From: Octopus vulgaris
Taxonomy: Eukaryota
Assembly (NCBI GenBank): GCA_951406725.2
Contig: OX597830.1
Location: 37,200,001-37,264,000, forward strand
Length of the DNA stretch: 64,000 nucleotides
Reading direction: 5' to 3'
The notes under the pieces were generated by a model, which was not told the DNA's origin, made no database searches, and saw nothing but the letters and a program-made list of their open reading frames with translations. Of this stretch, positions 1 to 14,000 are shown piece after piece (within the stretch, counting starts at the first letter, position 1; every line of letters begins with the position of its first letter). A program made the translations under genes and the position numbers.

Positions 1-2460
1 AGATGTGTTGTACGATTGCAAGACAATATTTCTATTCATACCGATGTTCACCCTGTCTATATCCTCCAAACATACAAAATGTGGGAATTGAAGCAGCTTT
101 CTTAAAGTCCTAATATGGCTTTCTTGAAGATAGTGGTACATTTGTATTTCATAGCTCAGTCGTAAACTTTAATGTCTGCGGGCATAAAAGCAGAACCTAC
201 TTTTAAAATATTGTTGAAATAATGAAAAGAAAACTGAAGAAAGAATTTATAAAGCAGATGGTGTATATCTGAGTACTGAAACAAATAAAGTGGAGTGTCG
301 ATGATTAACGGCAACTTAATTGACATTTCAATTTGAAACATGTATGTTAATGGCAAGAGCGCGTTGTGACTACCGATGCGTAGACACAGCTAATTTTCAG
401 ATCAATTGTGATATCTAATAACTCAGGCTCATAGTTTTTGTTATATTTATACATAAACTTCTATGAATTCCTCTTATTTAAAAACGGCAAGATATATTAC
501 TCATAAATGTTTAAATATTTTGATTCATCGAAATTTTTTATTGCATGTGTTGAATATATTTATAATTTTGTTTCAATTCATTAGTTATGAGCTAAAAATG
601 TAAAGTATATTGGGAATTTCTTACAATATTTGTGATATTCTGTATTATTTTATATATTTGAAAGAAGCTAACATTATCTATTCTCCACAATAAATTAATA
701 TTTATGAAATACCAACGAAAATGATGTGATTTATTTAAATGGCAATGTCAACTTGTCTTTGAAGATTTAAAATATATTAATCACGATAGAGCATAAATAA
801 CGAAATGCTATTAAATCTCATTTTTCTAAAACTCTTATGATTTAGGCATACTCTATTGTTAACACAATATAGAGACCCTAATAGACAATATTTAAGCATA
901 AACACATTTAGAAAGAGGCAATAAATAATGAGAATGCCTCAAAATGATTAAAAATAAAATTATTTGTTCATGTACACTGATGTCGGTTAAATGGTTGATA
1001 ATTCCTGTGCTTGCAGAACGGCGATAATCGAAACAATAACGCTGCTTTTCATGTTAAATACTGTTTGGAAGATTTGGGCGTGAATATCTGATTCCTGTTG
1101 AGAGCATCTTCTCCCACTACACGATGAAGGTTCATAAAACACGCGTCTCAACTGTGTAAAGGACCTTCGAGATATGGTGGCGCTTCCGCCTTATCGTTTG
1201 TCTCTTCAGTCAAAGCTACCCAAACAGATTCATGTTTATAAGAGTACCGCCATTCTTTTATAACGTTAAGCAAACAAAATATTTGTTGAAACGCGCTGAT
1301 GTGCACCAAACAGATAATAATTCATGAGGTACAAGCAAAGCAGTGACAATGAGGATTCAAATAATAACGTGTCTATTCATTCCCCACATGTACTGGCAAA
1401 TTTGAACGTGACTATCGAATAGCTATTTTTATGAAAAAGAACCAATACTCTTGTTAGATTTATCGATCTAGTCGGGTAGCTTTGCATAAGGAAATATGCA
1501 AAAAGTTAGAAAGAAAACACGTTCACTCAAAGACCTGGTGGATTTGATTTATTATGAGCACCCATCGTCAAAATGGGGATGTTTCACAATGACGAAAACC
1601 CGCAGTGTTGGAATATATTAAAAACGTCGACATGAAAATCATTAGGGACGAGAAATGATATCTAAAATATTTGATTCAGTAAAATAATTTAAGAAATTAT
1701 GGTGAATATTAAGAGGGAAAGTTCAGAAATACTAGTCTAACTTAAAAATTTAGCGTACTTTTTAGAGTATGCAATTTCTTTAACATTGGCTAGAAAGCGG
1801 AAATCTGAATCATATAAAAATACAGATTCGTCACGCAGGCCGAATGGCAGTTAGAAACAAACGCTCGAATGCGTATGATCTTGCTCACCAACACACTACA
1901 GAAGAAGAATCTTTTTCCGAATCTACAACATCACGGCTCCAATGTAGAAAAGCAGAAACGCAATGAGTCCGCTTGTGGCAACTCAATCTCCTCACCATGT
2001 CAAAGGCCACATATCACACACACTCTGTTTCACTAAAATAAGTTATTATGGAAAGAAACTTACATCTGTATTATGCATTGCTAGACGGTTTGCAGAATAT
2101 TATATGAGCTGCGATAAGATTAATTGTTTAATAAAATTCAATAATATGATTTCACATTCTGTATTCTATGAAACAAGGAAAAAGCTAGTAATATTTTGAA
2201 TGCATGGAGGAGATAGACTGACAAGATTGGTAGAATGATGGTAAAATAGTACGCTATTTTAAATTAAAAGAGCTCTTTCTTTCTTCATGCTTAATTCAAA
2301 TTCCTTAGCCTAGAATCTCTTGCACCATTTCGGAGCTGATTATATAATCACTAATTGAGTACTATGAATAGCTTAATAAAATAAGAATCAATTAAGAACT
2401 GTGATTGATTTTATTTGATGTAAAACTGAAGGTAACATACTAAATGAACTGAAATGAAAA

Positions 2461-2593
2461 ATATTCTTTTTCTACTTTAGGCACAAGGTCCGAATTTTTT
2501 GGGGGATGGGGCAATCGATTATATCGACCGCAGTGCGCAACTGGTACCTAATTCATCGACCCCGTGACTTGTGCCTAGAGTAGAAAAGAATAT
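2461..2593 (-). mobile_element. MetaSINE 3' fragment with an inverted copy of its own tail
   Basis: Matches the 3' half of the SINE at 10051-10263. 2461-2487 and 2568-2593 are inverted copies of the tail CTTGTGCCTAGAGTAGAAAAGAATAT. Confidence 0.75.
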
Positions 2594-3089
2594 AAATATG
2601 ACTATTCCTTGCCTGAGGAAAGAAACCCGGATTTTTAATTGAAAGGATAATTGTGTATATTTTAGGACACAAGTTTAAAGCTCGGACAACAGTATTTTAG
2701 ATGCTTTTAAGTTCTGGATTCAAATATCCCTGGAGTAGAGGTCAGCTACTTAACCATGCTGTGTAAATAAACCATTTACCAGTGTACTTGTCTCGCCGAA
2801 TTACTTATGTCCCACCATTATGCTTCGTGGTTATCAGAAACCAAGTTAACGTAAAGTAATATAAGATATTAAAATTAATTTTTTGATATATTCCATCGAT
2901 TTACAGTATTCCAAATGTATTATTTTCATCGATTTACAGTATTTCAAATACTGGTATTACAATTCGTGCATAATCACACATTTGCATAGCATATAGAACC
3001 AATAGATACTAACATTGTAGTGAAACCAATACTAGCCCCATAGTGATTTTAGTAGTATATACTTGTATTACATGTAGAACTAAGTTATG

Positions 3090-3090
3090 G

Positions 3091-3154
<64 letters not shown>
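3090..3154. repeat. (GATA)n-(GA)n compound microsatellite
   Basis: Read directly. Confidence 0.95.
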
Positions 3155-3160
<6 letters not shown>

Positions 3161-3974
3161 GAAAATGAAAAGAGAACATAATTTCTGACCAAGTTAGCAA
3201 CAAATGCTATACAAACCATGAAAGTTATCGTTATGATAGTATAAATTAGAATGTTGTGATTAAAAGTTTCGTTAATCACTTTATGGGATTAGGAAAAATA
3301 GTATTTAGAAAAGCAATCACACTGGAATCAAAGAGAAACAACGCAATCTATTGAGTAAATGGTTTGGACTTAAACCTAAGATCTAGAACATATAAACAAC
3401 TTATATTAATCTCATTTAAACATAGATCAGACAAGAAACGAATCACTGAGTGTAATTTTTATAAGCTCTTTATCTCTATCTCCGGATATGAAATCAAGTT
3501 CATCCTGTGATACCGGATATAACGATAAAGCGAGATGTTGCTGAAAATGGCGATGCTGGACAAAAGTCTATAATGATGTTTGTTCATATCTACGTGCTTT
3601 AATCCAAAAGTGACTTTCCCATACAAAAGACAAAAATATATGACTCTCTTTGTAACTTCTCAACACATATTCACACTCACATGAATTGTCTTATTAGGGG
3701 AAGTGTTACAAATTATTTTGTTACACTAACTTGTAAAGTATAACCAATAATTTCGAGAAATGGCATATATTTCCGCTCTTACAAAAACTTGGGTAAATTT
3801 AACAAATTTAAATACTTAAAAATGACCTGACGGTTTTTTTTTCAAATACACAATGTATCTACGAGTTCCACCTTCTGAGTGCACACGTTTTTTGTGCGTG
3901 CACAATTTCATCTGACTATACCATAGAGGGAAAATTTGATTACCGGAATAATTCATAAATAATTCATAAATAGC

Positions 3975-4330
3975 CCTTTCTACTGTGGATACAAGCCGTG
4001 AAATATTGGGGGTAGGAAGCTAGTCGGTTACAAATGCCTATTTCTTTACACCCACAAGGGGCTAAACACAGAGAGGACAAACAAGGACAGACAAATGGAT
4101 TAAGTCGATTATATCGACCCCAGTGCGTAACTGGTAATTATTTAATTGACCCCGGAAGGATGAAAGGCAAAAATCGTTCTCGGCGGAAATTGAACTCAGA
4201 ACGTAACGGCAGACGAAATACGGCTACGCATTTCGCCCTGCGTGCTAACGTTTCTGCCAGCTCGCCGCCATAGTCGGTTACAAATACTGCGATACTTAAC
4301 TAATTATTTTATCCATTTTATAGGATGTTT
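3975..4330 (-). mobile_element. Old degraded MetaSINE 3' part, split by a younger SINE
   Basis: tttctactgtggatacaag...tattgggggtaggaagctagtcggtta resembles 2470-2530 and resumes after 4285. Confidence 0.5.
4036..4270 (-). mobile_element. Full-length tRNA-derived MetaSINE (tail type 2)
   Basis: Minus-strand head GGCGGCGAGCTGGCAGAAACGTTAG (A box) and GAGTTCAATTTCC (B box); Meta-domain-like GCCTTTCATCCTTCCGGGGTCAATTAAATAATTACCAG; perfect 15-bp TSD TAGTCGGTTACAAAT at 4021-4035 and 4271-4285. Confidence 0.9.
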
Positions 4331-4578
4331 CAAATAAGATGAAAAAATTCTGTAATTAGGCGAATCCAGATTGTTCAGGAAATGTCTCCAAGTCCCCGGA
4401 AGAATCCGTACAAGAATTAAGGAAATGAATAGAAGCATTAAAGGAAACTTTTCTTCTTTTTTTTTATTTTCTGGTTAATTATAATGCTTCTTCGAAAAAA
4501 AACACTGCATTAATTTTAAGATATACTTTAATGAAAAATTCTTCTATTCCTTAAGTTTACCAAACATGTATTGTTATA

Positions 4579-4810
4579 TGTTGTGTGGACGCCCCCAGAC
4601 GATGAAGTAGGCTAGTCCAATACGTAGATATGGCGGGAGAAGCCTAGACGTCAAGAGACCACAGTCGAGTAGCAGAGTAGCGGTGAGAGTTCAGTAGAAG
4701 TCATCCGAACGTGCGACGTAATATTATACCTTATTGTATATACGTTTATTACTCCTGAGGCACAAAATAAGTACATCTTTGAAAGCTACTTAGTGTATTC
4801 AACGACTACA
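4579..4810. mobile_element. Possible solo LTR of a second LTR family
   Basis: GC-richer block that starts TGTTGTG (as the Gypsy LTRs do) and ends ...CTACA. No clean TSD. Confidence 0.3.
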
Positions 4811-4856
4811 CTTACACACACACGTGCACCTACATATATACACATCCTTGTGAATG

Positions 4857-5116
4857 TGTTGTGATGAGAGCTACGACGCCCTCTTGCGAGAGATAGACCG
4901 GTCCGAGTAAAGTATAAATAGTAATGATCAGAGTGAGTTCGGAGTTTAGAGTTCGGAGTCGAGTGAAGTTCGTGTTAGTTCGCAGTGAAGTCGGAAGATG
5001 TCTGTTGGTTGTTTCACAAGGAATATTGATTGTTGGTTCGTAAAGAGATTGGTTAGTTCGTTATTTACTGTTGTCTGGTTATCTTACTTAGTATACTAAC
5101 AAATTGCGTTACAGCA
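4857..5116 (+). repeat. 5' LTR
   Basis: TG...CA ends; TATAAATA at about 4913-4920; 4960-5116 aligns with 9159-9326; PBS follows immediately. Confidence 0.88.
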
Positions 5117-5118
5117 TC

Positions 5119-5144
5119 TGGCGACGAGGGTTTCGAAGCCCACG
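5119..5144 (+). promoter_or_regulatory. Primer-binding site complementary to the tRNA-Ser(GCT) 3' end
   Basis: TGGCGACGAGG lies 2 nt after the LTR and is the reverse complement of ...CCTCGTCG-CCA. Confidence 0.8.
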
Positions 5145-5281
5145 TAGGTTACTTAACAATTTGTTTGTGGCACAGCATATTGAATAATGTACATAGTACA
5201 GTTTTAAAAGCAACAACTAGAGCAGCAATAGGAGTTGCAGAAGCAACTACTACAGCAACAACTACAACAACAACAACAATT

Positions 5282-8200
5282 ATGGGAGCTATATTTAAAA
5301 ATGTGGTAAATTCGTTTTCGCCAGATGGCGTTTTGAACCCAATAAGTGTATTCAGTTATAACCCAATGGAAGGTTTAACTTTTGCATCGAACTACAGATA
5401 GTACCACGAGAATTTTAATCATAATCGGACGAACAAAATACCAGCCAGATTGTTATTGCAAAAATTAGCTCCGTTAGAGCATGAACGTTACTATAATTTC
5501 ATATTGCCCCAAAAACTCAATGAAATTTATTTTAAAGAAACAATAGAATTATTGTCTAACATATTCGGTGATAAAAATTCTCTATTTAACACTCAAATGG
5601 ATTGTTAGAATATAATGAAAAAAGGAACAGTCAACATGATGTGTGAAAGTAGTAAACTCAAAGAACTTACACCTGAGATGTTCAAGTGCTATATTTTCGT
5701 ACAAGGCCTTACATTAAACGAACATACAGAAATTCGGGCAAACATTCTTCTAAATTGGAACAAGTGAATCAAGATCTAGCGATACAGTCCGTGGCAGAAG
5801 AATACCAAAGGAGGGTAAACCTGAAATACGATGTATGAAAAATTCAAGAAAAGGACTCCTGAAGAATACAGATATGGCGATCGGAAAAGTACAAGCAAAA
5901 ATGAGTACCATGTTGTAATTCATGTTGTGGATGTTGGGGCATACATTTCAGAAAAGACTGTCCATTTAAAAATCAAATATGCTACAGTTGCTAAAGAATT
6001 AGTCACAAGAGTTCACACTGCAGAACAAAATTACGAAGGTCAAACGTTAAAAGTCCTAGTGCTCTCAGCAGATTGAAAATCGATTCTCAAATAAAATTCG
6101 TACATGTAAAAATAAAAACAATACATATTAATATTCAATTGAATACTGGAAGTGATATCTCAGTAATCAATATGGACACATATGGAAGAAAATAGGGAAA
6201 CTTATGTTGAGAAAAACAACGAAATCTGCTCGAATTGTGACGGGCGACAAGTTACCTTTGGTAGGCGAAATGTGGACTTCGACGTTAAAAATGCAACCGA
6301 TCTATTTGGTGCCGATTGGGTAGAATTATCCGATTTATGGGACCTCCCCATAAATCTTTATCGTATAAACGTAAATGGTTGTCCCTCTAACGATTATTCA
6401 TCTGAAGTGTTAAAGAGAACATTTTTTTAACGTTTCCGCAAGTACCCTCGGTCAGACTACGTCTGTGCACAAAGAATGAAGCGTATTTTGAATTAGATGA
6501 TAACTTTACATCTGTTTTCAAGCCTAACTGGAAAGTGCCTTTTGCGGCAATAAAGCAAGTGCACGATGTTTTAGATAGATTGGTAAAAAATGGAATCATT
6601 GAAAAAGTGGATTACGAAAGATTGGGGGCACAAATTACGCAAAAAAGAAACATAAGAAAATTAGGTGCTCTGCCAATTTTTCTACCGGTTTAAATGGCTG
6701 TTTAAAAACGAACCATTATCCACTACCAACCTCAGAAGATATTTTTACAAAACTAAACGGAGGAAAAATATTTTCAAAACCCGAGACGCATATCTACGTA
6801 GATAAAAAATACTCAAAGCTGTTAGTCGTCAACACGCACAGAAGTCTATACAAATACAATAGACTATCTTTTGGACTGAAGGTAGCCCCTGCAATATTTC
6901 AACAGTGATGGACGAGATGTTGGCCGACTGTCAATTTGCTATTCCTTAACTTGATGACGTTTAATCAATTTGGAATCGCGGAATGAGTATATCAATCACA
7001 TGAAGTGTGTTTCTTTTAAGAACTAAGGATTATGGTTTCACATAAGTGAATTTTTTGCCTAAAATAAAAATACTTAGGTCAAATCAATTATAAGAATGGA
7101 AGACGTCATATTCGTTGGAGTATGCCACTTCCAACGAATATACCGACATTTCAAGTTTTCCTTGACCTAGTAAATTATTATCAACAGTACATGCCAAATA
7201 TAAATAAATTGAGAGCACAATTAAACGAGTTACTAAAAATAGAAGTAAAATATGATTGGTCTGTAAAATACCAAAACTTATTTGAAGACATACAGAGAAT
7301 ACAAATATCTGACTTGTCACTAGTACAATGGACATTGTTGCAGTGCCTGATACTTCGGAATATGGGATAGGAGCAAAAGATGGAAATATAAAGCCAGTAG
7401 TTCATGCTTCACGTTCGCTGACAGCAGCAGAAAAAGCTTAGTCAGATAGAGAAAGAGGCTCTATCGAATATTTTTGCTGCAAAAAACTTCACAAATCTAT
7501 ACATGGTAAAATATTTTTTCTTTCAAACCGATCATCAACTATTACTATCAATGTTTAGATAAAAAAAGGGATTGCCTATCCATACAGCGAACTGTCTACA
7601 ACACTGGGGTATAATATTGCTGAACTGCAATTTTAAGATGCAGAAAATTCTATCAAACAATATTGATCATGCAGACTGCTTATCGAGGCTAATTACCAAA
7701 AGCGTGGAGCCGATAGAAGAGACGGTGATAGCGTCACTGCAGAAAGAAAATAAAGTAAGAATTAATGTTTGTAATATAATCCAGAAACTGCCGGTGACAG
7801 CATATGATATTAAAAATGAAATTCGAAGAGGATAGTTACATTACTAGAATGAAAGAAATATTGAAAAATAAAGCATGATAAAAATACAACTCCAAATAAT
7901 GTCTCACTATGCGACGATGTGTTAATATACGCGCAGAGAGTAGTAGTACTAAGTACACTACATAAACTAGTATTGCAAAACTTTTACTGTGAGCATTGTC
8001 CAGAAAGAAAGCTTTAATGAGAAGCCGATTATGGACAAGGACATCGAGAAATCGGTGAATGCATGTAGAGGTTGCGCGTTGGCAACCAAAACACCCCCAG
8101 TAAACTACCAATCGTGGCTGAAGACTGAGAGTCCATAGTCCAGGATACATATCGACTACGCTGGACTAGTAAACTGTGCATATTATCTAACCGTTGTGGA

Positions 8201-8830
8201 TAGCTGTACAAAGTGGCCAGATGTATGCAGACGTAATAAACCCACAGCAAAGACAACGATAAATTTCCTACTCAAGTTATTTGTCCTATACTGTGTTCCA
8301 GACACGTTAGTTTCAGATAATGGAACACAATTCACGGGATATGAATTATGAAATTTCTGTAACATACATGCCATAATGCACACCTTTACTCAGCCCTTCC
8401 ACCCAATGTCAAACAGTCAGGTGGAACAATTTATCAACACGTTCAAAAGAGCTCTAAGAAAAGCTAGGAACGAGCTATATAATAACGAGACACAAACGAA
8501 ATTTTTGAGAGTATATAGAATAACGCTAAATCCAAATACTAATTCAGGAAAGTCACCAACAGCGTTTATGTTCGCGTATAATTAAAATCAATCTTCAATA
8601 AATTATTGCCAGGAAAAAATACATATATAAGAAAGACAAACAATACATTTGAAGGAAATACAGGAAATATTACAAAACATTTCGAAGTTGAAAATAAAGT
8701 TCATTTTAAAAATTACAAAAATGGTAAAGAAGGTTGGGAAGATGGCGGTGTAATCAAAAGATTAGGTGACATGATGTATTTAATTAAAAAAAACGTTCGC
8801 AACATAAGAGACATCTTAACCATTTAAAGT
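5282..8830 (+). pseudogene. Gypsy gag-pol with many stops and frameshifts
   Basis: Gag-like FSYNPMEGLTF and ERYYNFILP; Cys/His knuckle at about 5920-6020; protease LNTGSDISVI (about 6140); RT YPLPTSEDIFTKLNGGKIFS, YKYNRLSFGLKVAPAIFQ, *LDD; RNase H HASRSLTAAEK, SQIEKEAL, TDHQ; integrase RIHIDYAG, VVDSCTKWP, LVSDNGTQF, PFHPMSNSQVE. Confidence 0.93.
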
Positions 8831-9135
8831 TGAAATATAAAGAAAAACGAAGGGTAATACCGATGGAAGTCTTCTATGATATGTTTGAAGTGCCAACACC
8901 GAGAGATATTGAACTCCGTAGAACTAGATTAAAAAAACGAAAGCATGCTGAAAATATGGAAGTAACGCCTAACCGAAAAAGATTGAAAAAAAAAAGTATT
9001 AACAAGTGTGCTTAGTACAACGAAAAGAAAACTGCTGTGTGCAACGAACAATACTACCTTAAAAGATACGACAGCTAAAAGAAAAAAGAGGGAGTGGTGC
9101 TGGGAAGAAAATAAAATAAGAGTAGTCGAAATTTC

Positions 9136-9326
9136 AAAAGGGCAGATGTTGTGTCAGCCGAGTGAAGTTCGTGTTAGTTCGCAGTGAAGTTGGAAGGTGT
9201 CGGTCGGTTAGTTCAGAAAGAATATTGATTGTTGGTTCGTAGAGGGATTTACTAGTTTGTTACGTTGTTTTTACTGTTGTATGGCTATCTTATTTATTGT
9301 ACGTAACAAATTACGTTAGAACAGCA
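9136..9326 (+). repeat. Polypurine tract (9136-9146) and 3' LTR (9147-9326)
   Basis: AAAAGGGCAGA then TGTTGTG...ACAGCA; lacks about 90 nt present in the 5' LTR. Confidence 0.88.
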
Positions 9327-9705
9327 TGTGTAGCTAAGCATAAAATGGACGTCCGCAAAATTACCAATATTAGCTCACAAGGTTATAGTAGACAACCAAG
9401 GTGTCACATAAACAGTTAGAAACTGTGATGAAATTCGTAATCTCACAGCTCTGCTTTGTCTAACAGTTTAGTCGATATTTTCAATTTACCAATATTCGTG
9501 AACATTAGGATTGGTTCGGCAGAATATTTCTTAGTGACTTACATGCGTTTATTCGTATATTTCAGTGCTTTCATGACGAATCCGTGAAATATGTTGAAAG
9601 TCTTGATTCAAACACACGTATATTTCAAACCAATCCATTAGCTGTCCATCCTTGTGCATAACAACCGTGCTATAGTTGTATAGCGTTTCTCTAATTCACA
9701 CTATT

Positions 9706-9823
9706 TATACGTATGCATGCATACATAGTTACATACATACATGCATATGTACATATCTACATACATACATATCTACATACATACTTACATACGTACAGAC
9801 ATACATATGTTTGTGAGTCTGCA

Positions 9824-9898
<75 letters not shown>
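9706..9898. repeat. (TACA)n and (TATC)n microsatellites
   Basis: Read directly. Confidence 0.9.
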
Positions 9899-10050
9899 TA
9901 GTTATATATTTTCCTAACCACATTTTGTGACAGTCAGACACCTCTCGCATTTTCTCTCGTTCCATTTAGTATATCATCATTCAGAGTTACACTCATTTTA
10001 ATATTGTCTACTTCAGAATCATTCAGTGAAATAATTTCTTTTCTATGTAA

Positions 10051-10263
10051 GGCGGTGAGCTGGCAGAAACTTTAGCACGCCCGGTGAAATGCTTTGCGAT
10101 ATTTCGTCTGTCTTTACAATCTGAGTTCAAATTCTGCCGAGTTCGACTTTGCCTTTCATCCGTTCGGGGTCGATAAATTAAATACCAGTTGTGTACTGGG
10201 GTCGATCTAATCGACTAGCCCCCTCCCGCAAATTTTTGGACCATTTTACCTAGAGTAGAAAAA
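10051..10263 (+). mobile_element. Full-length MetaSINE (tail type 1)
   Basis: tRNA-like head; Meta-like GACTTTGCCTTTCATCCGTTCGGGGTCGATAAATTAAATACCAG; imperfect 16-bp TSD at 10033-10048 and 10264-10279. Confidence 0.88.
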
Positions 10264-12254
10264 AATTTCTTTGCTAGGTGGCACATCGCCAGATTTCTTA
10301 TCATGCTTCGTAGAACTGCCGAGTCGGTATTTTCAACTTGTGAGAGATTCGGATTGGGAGATTAGGATTGGGGCATCACCACACCCATTATTTATGCTGC
10401 CGACATCAATGTTCCAGATTTTAATTCAACTCTTTCAGTTCATTCATGACAAATTCAAGACACATTATCTCAGATACACCCGTAGTTCTGTACATCAGAG
10501 TAGTCTATAAGCTCAACACATCTGTTAACGGCGCCTTCATTATCGCTATAAGGCGCTTCTCTAATTCACACTCTTTTTTAACTATCTTATATATTGTCTT
10601 CAACCACATTATGCTGTTGGTAGCTCTAAATTATCTGGATATAGAAAAAACATTACCGTCGACCCTGTTAGCTCCCAAACCTCTTCTTCCCACCCCGTCG
10701 CTTTTCCCTTTAACATTTCATTCAGAGAAAGTGCATTCTACTAAATATGGTTTTCTCCATTTATCATATTTTACTTGTTGCCCATTTTAGATATTGGTGA
10801 TCTCAACATAAGATTCCAGCCATTATGTCTTTTCTCTTTTCCATATTACAATATTATATGGAACATATCAGCTGTGTGCCTCCTTCCAACTGTTATTACT
10901 TCAACACCGATGCCATATATACCAGGAGACTTACAGTTTACCATTCTTATTATTGTTCATCTATTTCATGTTTTGTTATTTCTGCTCAAGTATTGACGTT
11001 AGATCGATGATCCATTATATTTGATAATACTTCGGAGTTATGTGGAAATTTACGGCAAAGATGTTCAATATGATCTTTGCAATATTAGCATACTAATGTC
11101 TTTATTTTTTATTGTACTGTACGCTGTTTTTTTCTTCTGATTTTACGCCCAGCTTCACGATGCAAAATGTGTGTGACTTACTGTTGTTGAAGCCAAGTCA
11201 GCTTCTATTACATTTCTTTCGTCATGTAGTTATTTCTTCTTTTGTGTTTTAACTGTGTATTTATCGTCTCTTGTTTGTTGTCTTTGTTCTGTTCTTTGTC
11301 GTAGTTCAGCTTTGAAAACACTGTCTGAGTTGTTGAACATTTCTTTTCAAGCCTTTGACCTTTCTTCACAGCATATAACTCACATAAACATAGGGATACG
11401 TGTATATATATTTAAATGTGTGTGTGTTGACACGCAGAAACAGACACACACACATGCACACGCGTATGTATATATATACACGCATACAAACATATTCATA
11501 TATGCAAATATATATGTGTGTGTTTTATGTGTGCTATATGATGTGAATAAATTTAACTTCAGTAAAATCATATTTTAGAGCTGAATTTCACCTAAAGAGT
11601 TAGAAATAGGTGAAATTACTGTTTTTATTTATCTTTTATTTGTTATTTAGCTATTATTTATTGTGATGATATTTAGTCACCGACTCGTACGATTTATGCA
11701 CTGCAAAAAGGAAAGTTTGTTGAAGTGTGTTTCGATAAAATTGTAACCAGAGACCTCTTACTTCAAAATGATGTACATTCTGGAGAATTTGAAGTTCCTG
11801 TAATGTTGTTATATATCAAGCTAAGGTATGTACAGACTAGATAGTTGCACGAGAGTACCGGTGTTCTGTTGTTGGTATATTTTTATTATCCCAATATCTC
11901 AACACTGGTCGTAATTTTAGTCAGCGGAAGTAAAACCTACATTTACTAATATTTCTACTATTTTCTGTAATTGTGAACAAATAATTATTTAAAATTTTAT
12001 CGTAATAATTGATCTTTCGTTCAATATTACCATCTATATTCCAATGTGATGATAAATTTATACGTGTGAGCGGGCATGTATATATATATATATATATATA
12101 TATGAAACAGTTTATGAGTTAAACAATTATGTGTTTGAACTAAATATATGCATAAACATACATACATTCATAAATACATGCATAGATACTACATACATGT
12201 ATACATACATATATAGATGCATAGATACATACATGCATAGATACATACATACTC

Positions 12255-13659
12255 TCTGCCGTTGAGTTCGCTGTTCCAGCGGTTTGCCATCTTTGTACAC
12301 CGTCTTATAAGAACTTTGCACTCCCTGGGAATCTTGTTTTATGTTCAGTGGCCTTTCTCTTTGGAATAAAATTGTAGCGTGCCTTGCATTATGGACATAA
12401 ATATTTTCAATGTCATGTCGATGTCAGGTGTAGAGAGTCATTGGGACCAGTCTTGTGTGGTGATATTTTCTCTATTGATTTCGGTCTGAATTGTGGTAGT
12501 TCACATTGGATAGGCTTTGGGTGTTTCTTGTAGGCTGCATGTCTGTAGATTCCTTTGATTCATACATAGTAAGTTCTCTTATGTTGTGGTCCGAGGCTAG
12601 CGTGAGTGTCACTTTCGCATTATGGATTAGATCCATATTGTTTGTGTAACAGAGGTCAACCATGTAGTTTACCCCGGCTGGTTGAAGTATTACTTGCTCC
12701 ATGTTGGAGAGGTTGAGCAAGGATTCCATCAAACTTTGCTTGCATCGCATCGTTCCTGAGAGGAAAAGGCCCTCAGGCAATCCTACATTGGGCAGGATGA
12801 AGTCCCCCATGATAAATACACTGATGTTCTGTTCTAGTTTGTTTAAGGCTTCTTCCATTCTTGCAAAGCAGTCTTCGAATAAGACCGTGTAATTTGGAGC
12901 ATCTGGTGGGCGATAAGTTGTACATATAACTATAAGAAGTTGCCTTATATGTCACACACTGAATTTGGGTATGGTAAAAGGATCTGAGATCACCATTACA
13001 ACGTACTTTGGTATGCGTATTTGTGCATCGTGATGTCGGGTTTTAGATGTGTTTCGGTGAGTGCTATGTATAAGGCTTGATTGTATGCCACAAGATTTCT
13101 CAGTAATGCAATTTTGGTTCTGTTACTGAGTTGTAACAGTCCTCTGAGATTTATATAGTATATTAGTGTGACATCCGTGCTGATACTTGCAGCGGCCACT
13201 CTGGATTCATTGGCTGTGACGGCTTTGTGTGTTGGTGGGGATGGCTCTGACTCTCGAACAGATGTAGCCAGATCAGTTGTGGCGCAATCTTTTGTGCCAT
13301 GCTTAAAAGAGATCGATATTCTTATGATGGCTTCTGAATATGCGTGGCTTTTAGAAGTAGTGCCCTAAATCAGCATATTCCACTTTTGATACTGGTGATG
13401 AGCGATTTTGTCTTCCTTTGTCTTTTGGTCCTTTTGGAGGGGGGTATTTGCTTCTTTTCGGCTTGTGGTATCGTTTTGGGCATAGGAATCGAATGTTTGC
13501 ACCGTCAGCTCTATGCCAGTAGTCACCGCACGGGTAGAATTTACACACTTGGTTGCACTTTCTAACAATTTATGTCTTTGGATACTGATTGTCTGACTTT
13601 CGTTTCGATGTGGAGTCTCTTTTGTTTCTTTTTATGCATTTTTACTTCTGTCATCATCC
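12255..13659 (-). mobile_element. CR1-type LINE 5' fragment: ORF1 end plus APE endonuclease (pseudogenised)
   Basis: Cys/His-rich ORF1 piece CKFYPCGDYWH..CPK; APE motifs INLRGL, IALTETHL, YRPPD, IMGDF, DLCYTN, SDHN. Confidence 0.88.
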
Positions 13660-13956
13660 TGTATGTCTCCAATTAGTGAAGGTTACTGAAGCGAAACAGC
13701 CCATGGGATGGCTTCAGTTCAAATCCACTCGTGACCTTATCAAGTATCGGTGTCCAATACATCTATAGACAGACACTGATACATTATTTAACGTTAGCAG
13801 TATTTTTGTAGAAACAGCCGATAGGATGGTTTCAGAAATGAGAGAGAAAGAGAGAGAGAGGAGCGAGAAAGCGAGAGAGTGGGAGAGAGGAGACAGAGAG
13901 AGAAATACTTAGCGCTTTTTCCAAGAGTGATTTTCTCACATGCGAAGGGCTGACCA

Positions 13957-14000
<44 letters not shown>

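Larger units (their letters stand above)
4857..9326 (+). mobile_element. Decayed full-length Ty3/Gypsy LTR retrotransposon (Mag/K02A2.6-like)
   Basis: Two LTRs (TGTTGTG...CAGCA), PBS, PPT, and gag-PR-RT-RNaseH-IN remnants in Gypsy order. Confidence 0.93.

Noticed and set aside
1-2200. Possible coding or transposase remnants
   Set aside because: No recognisable motif in any frame examined.
2891-2950. Short local tandem duplications (also 37670-37730, 46934-46978, 47746-47773)
   Set aside because: Ordinary slippage duplications; no repeat-spacer structure, so not CRISPR-like.
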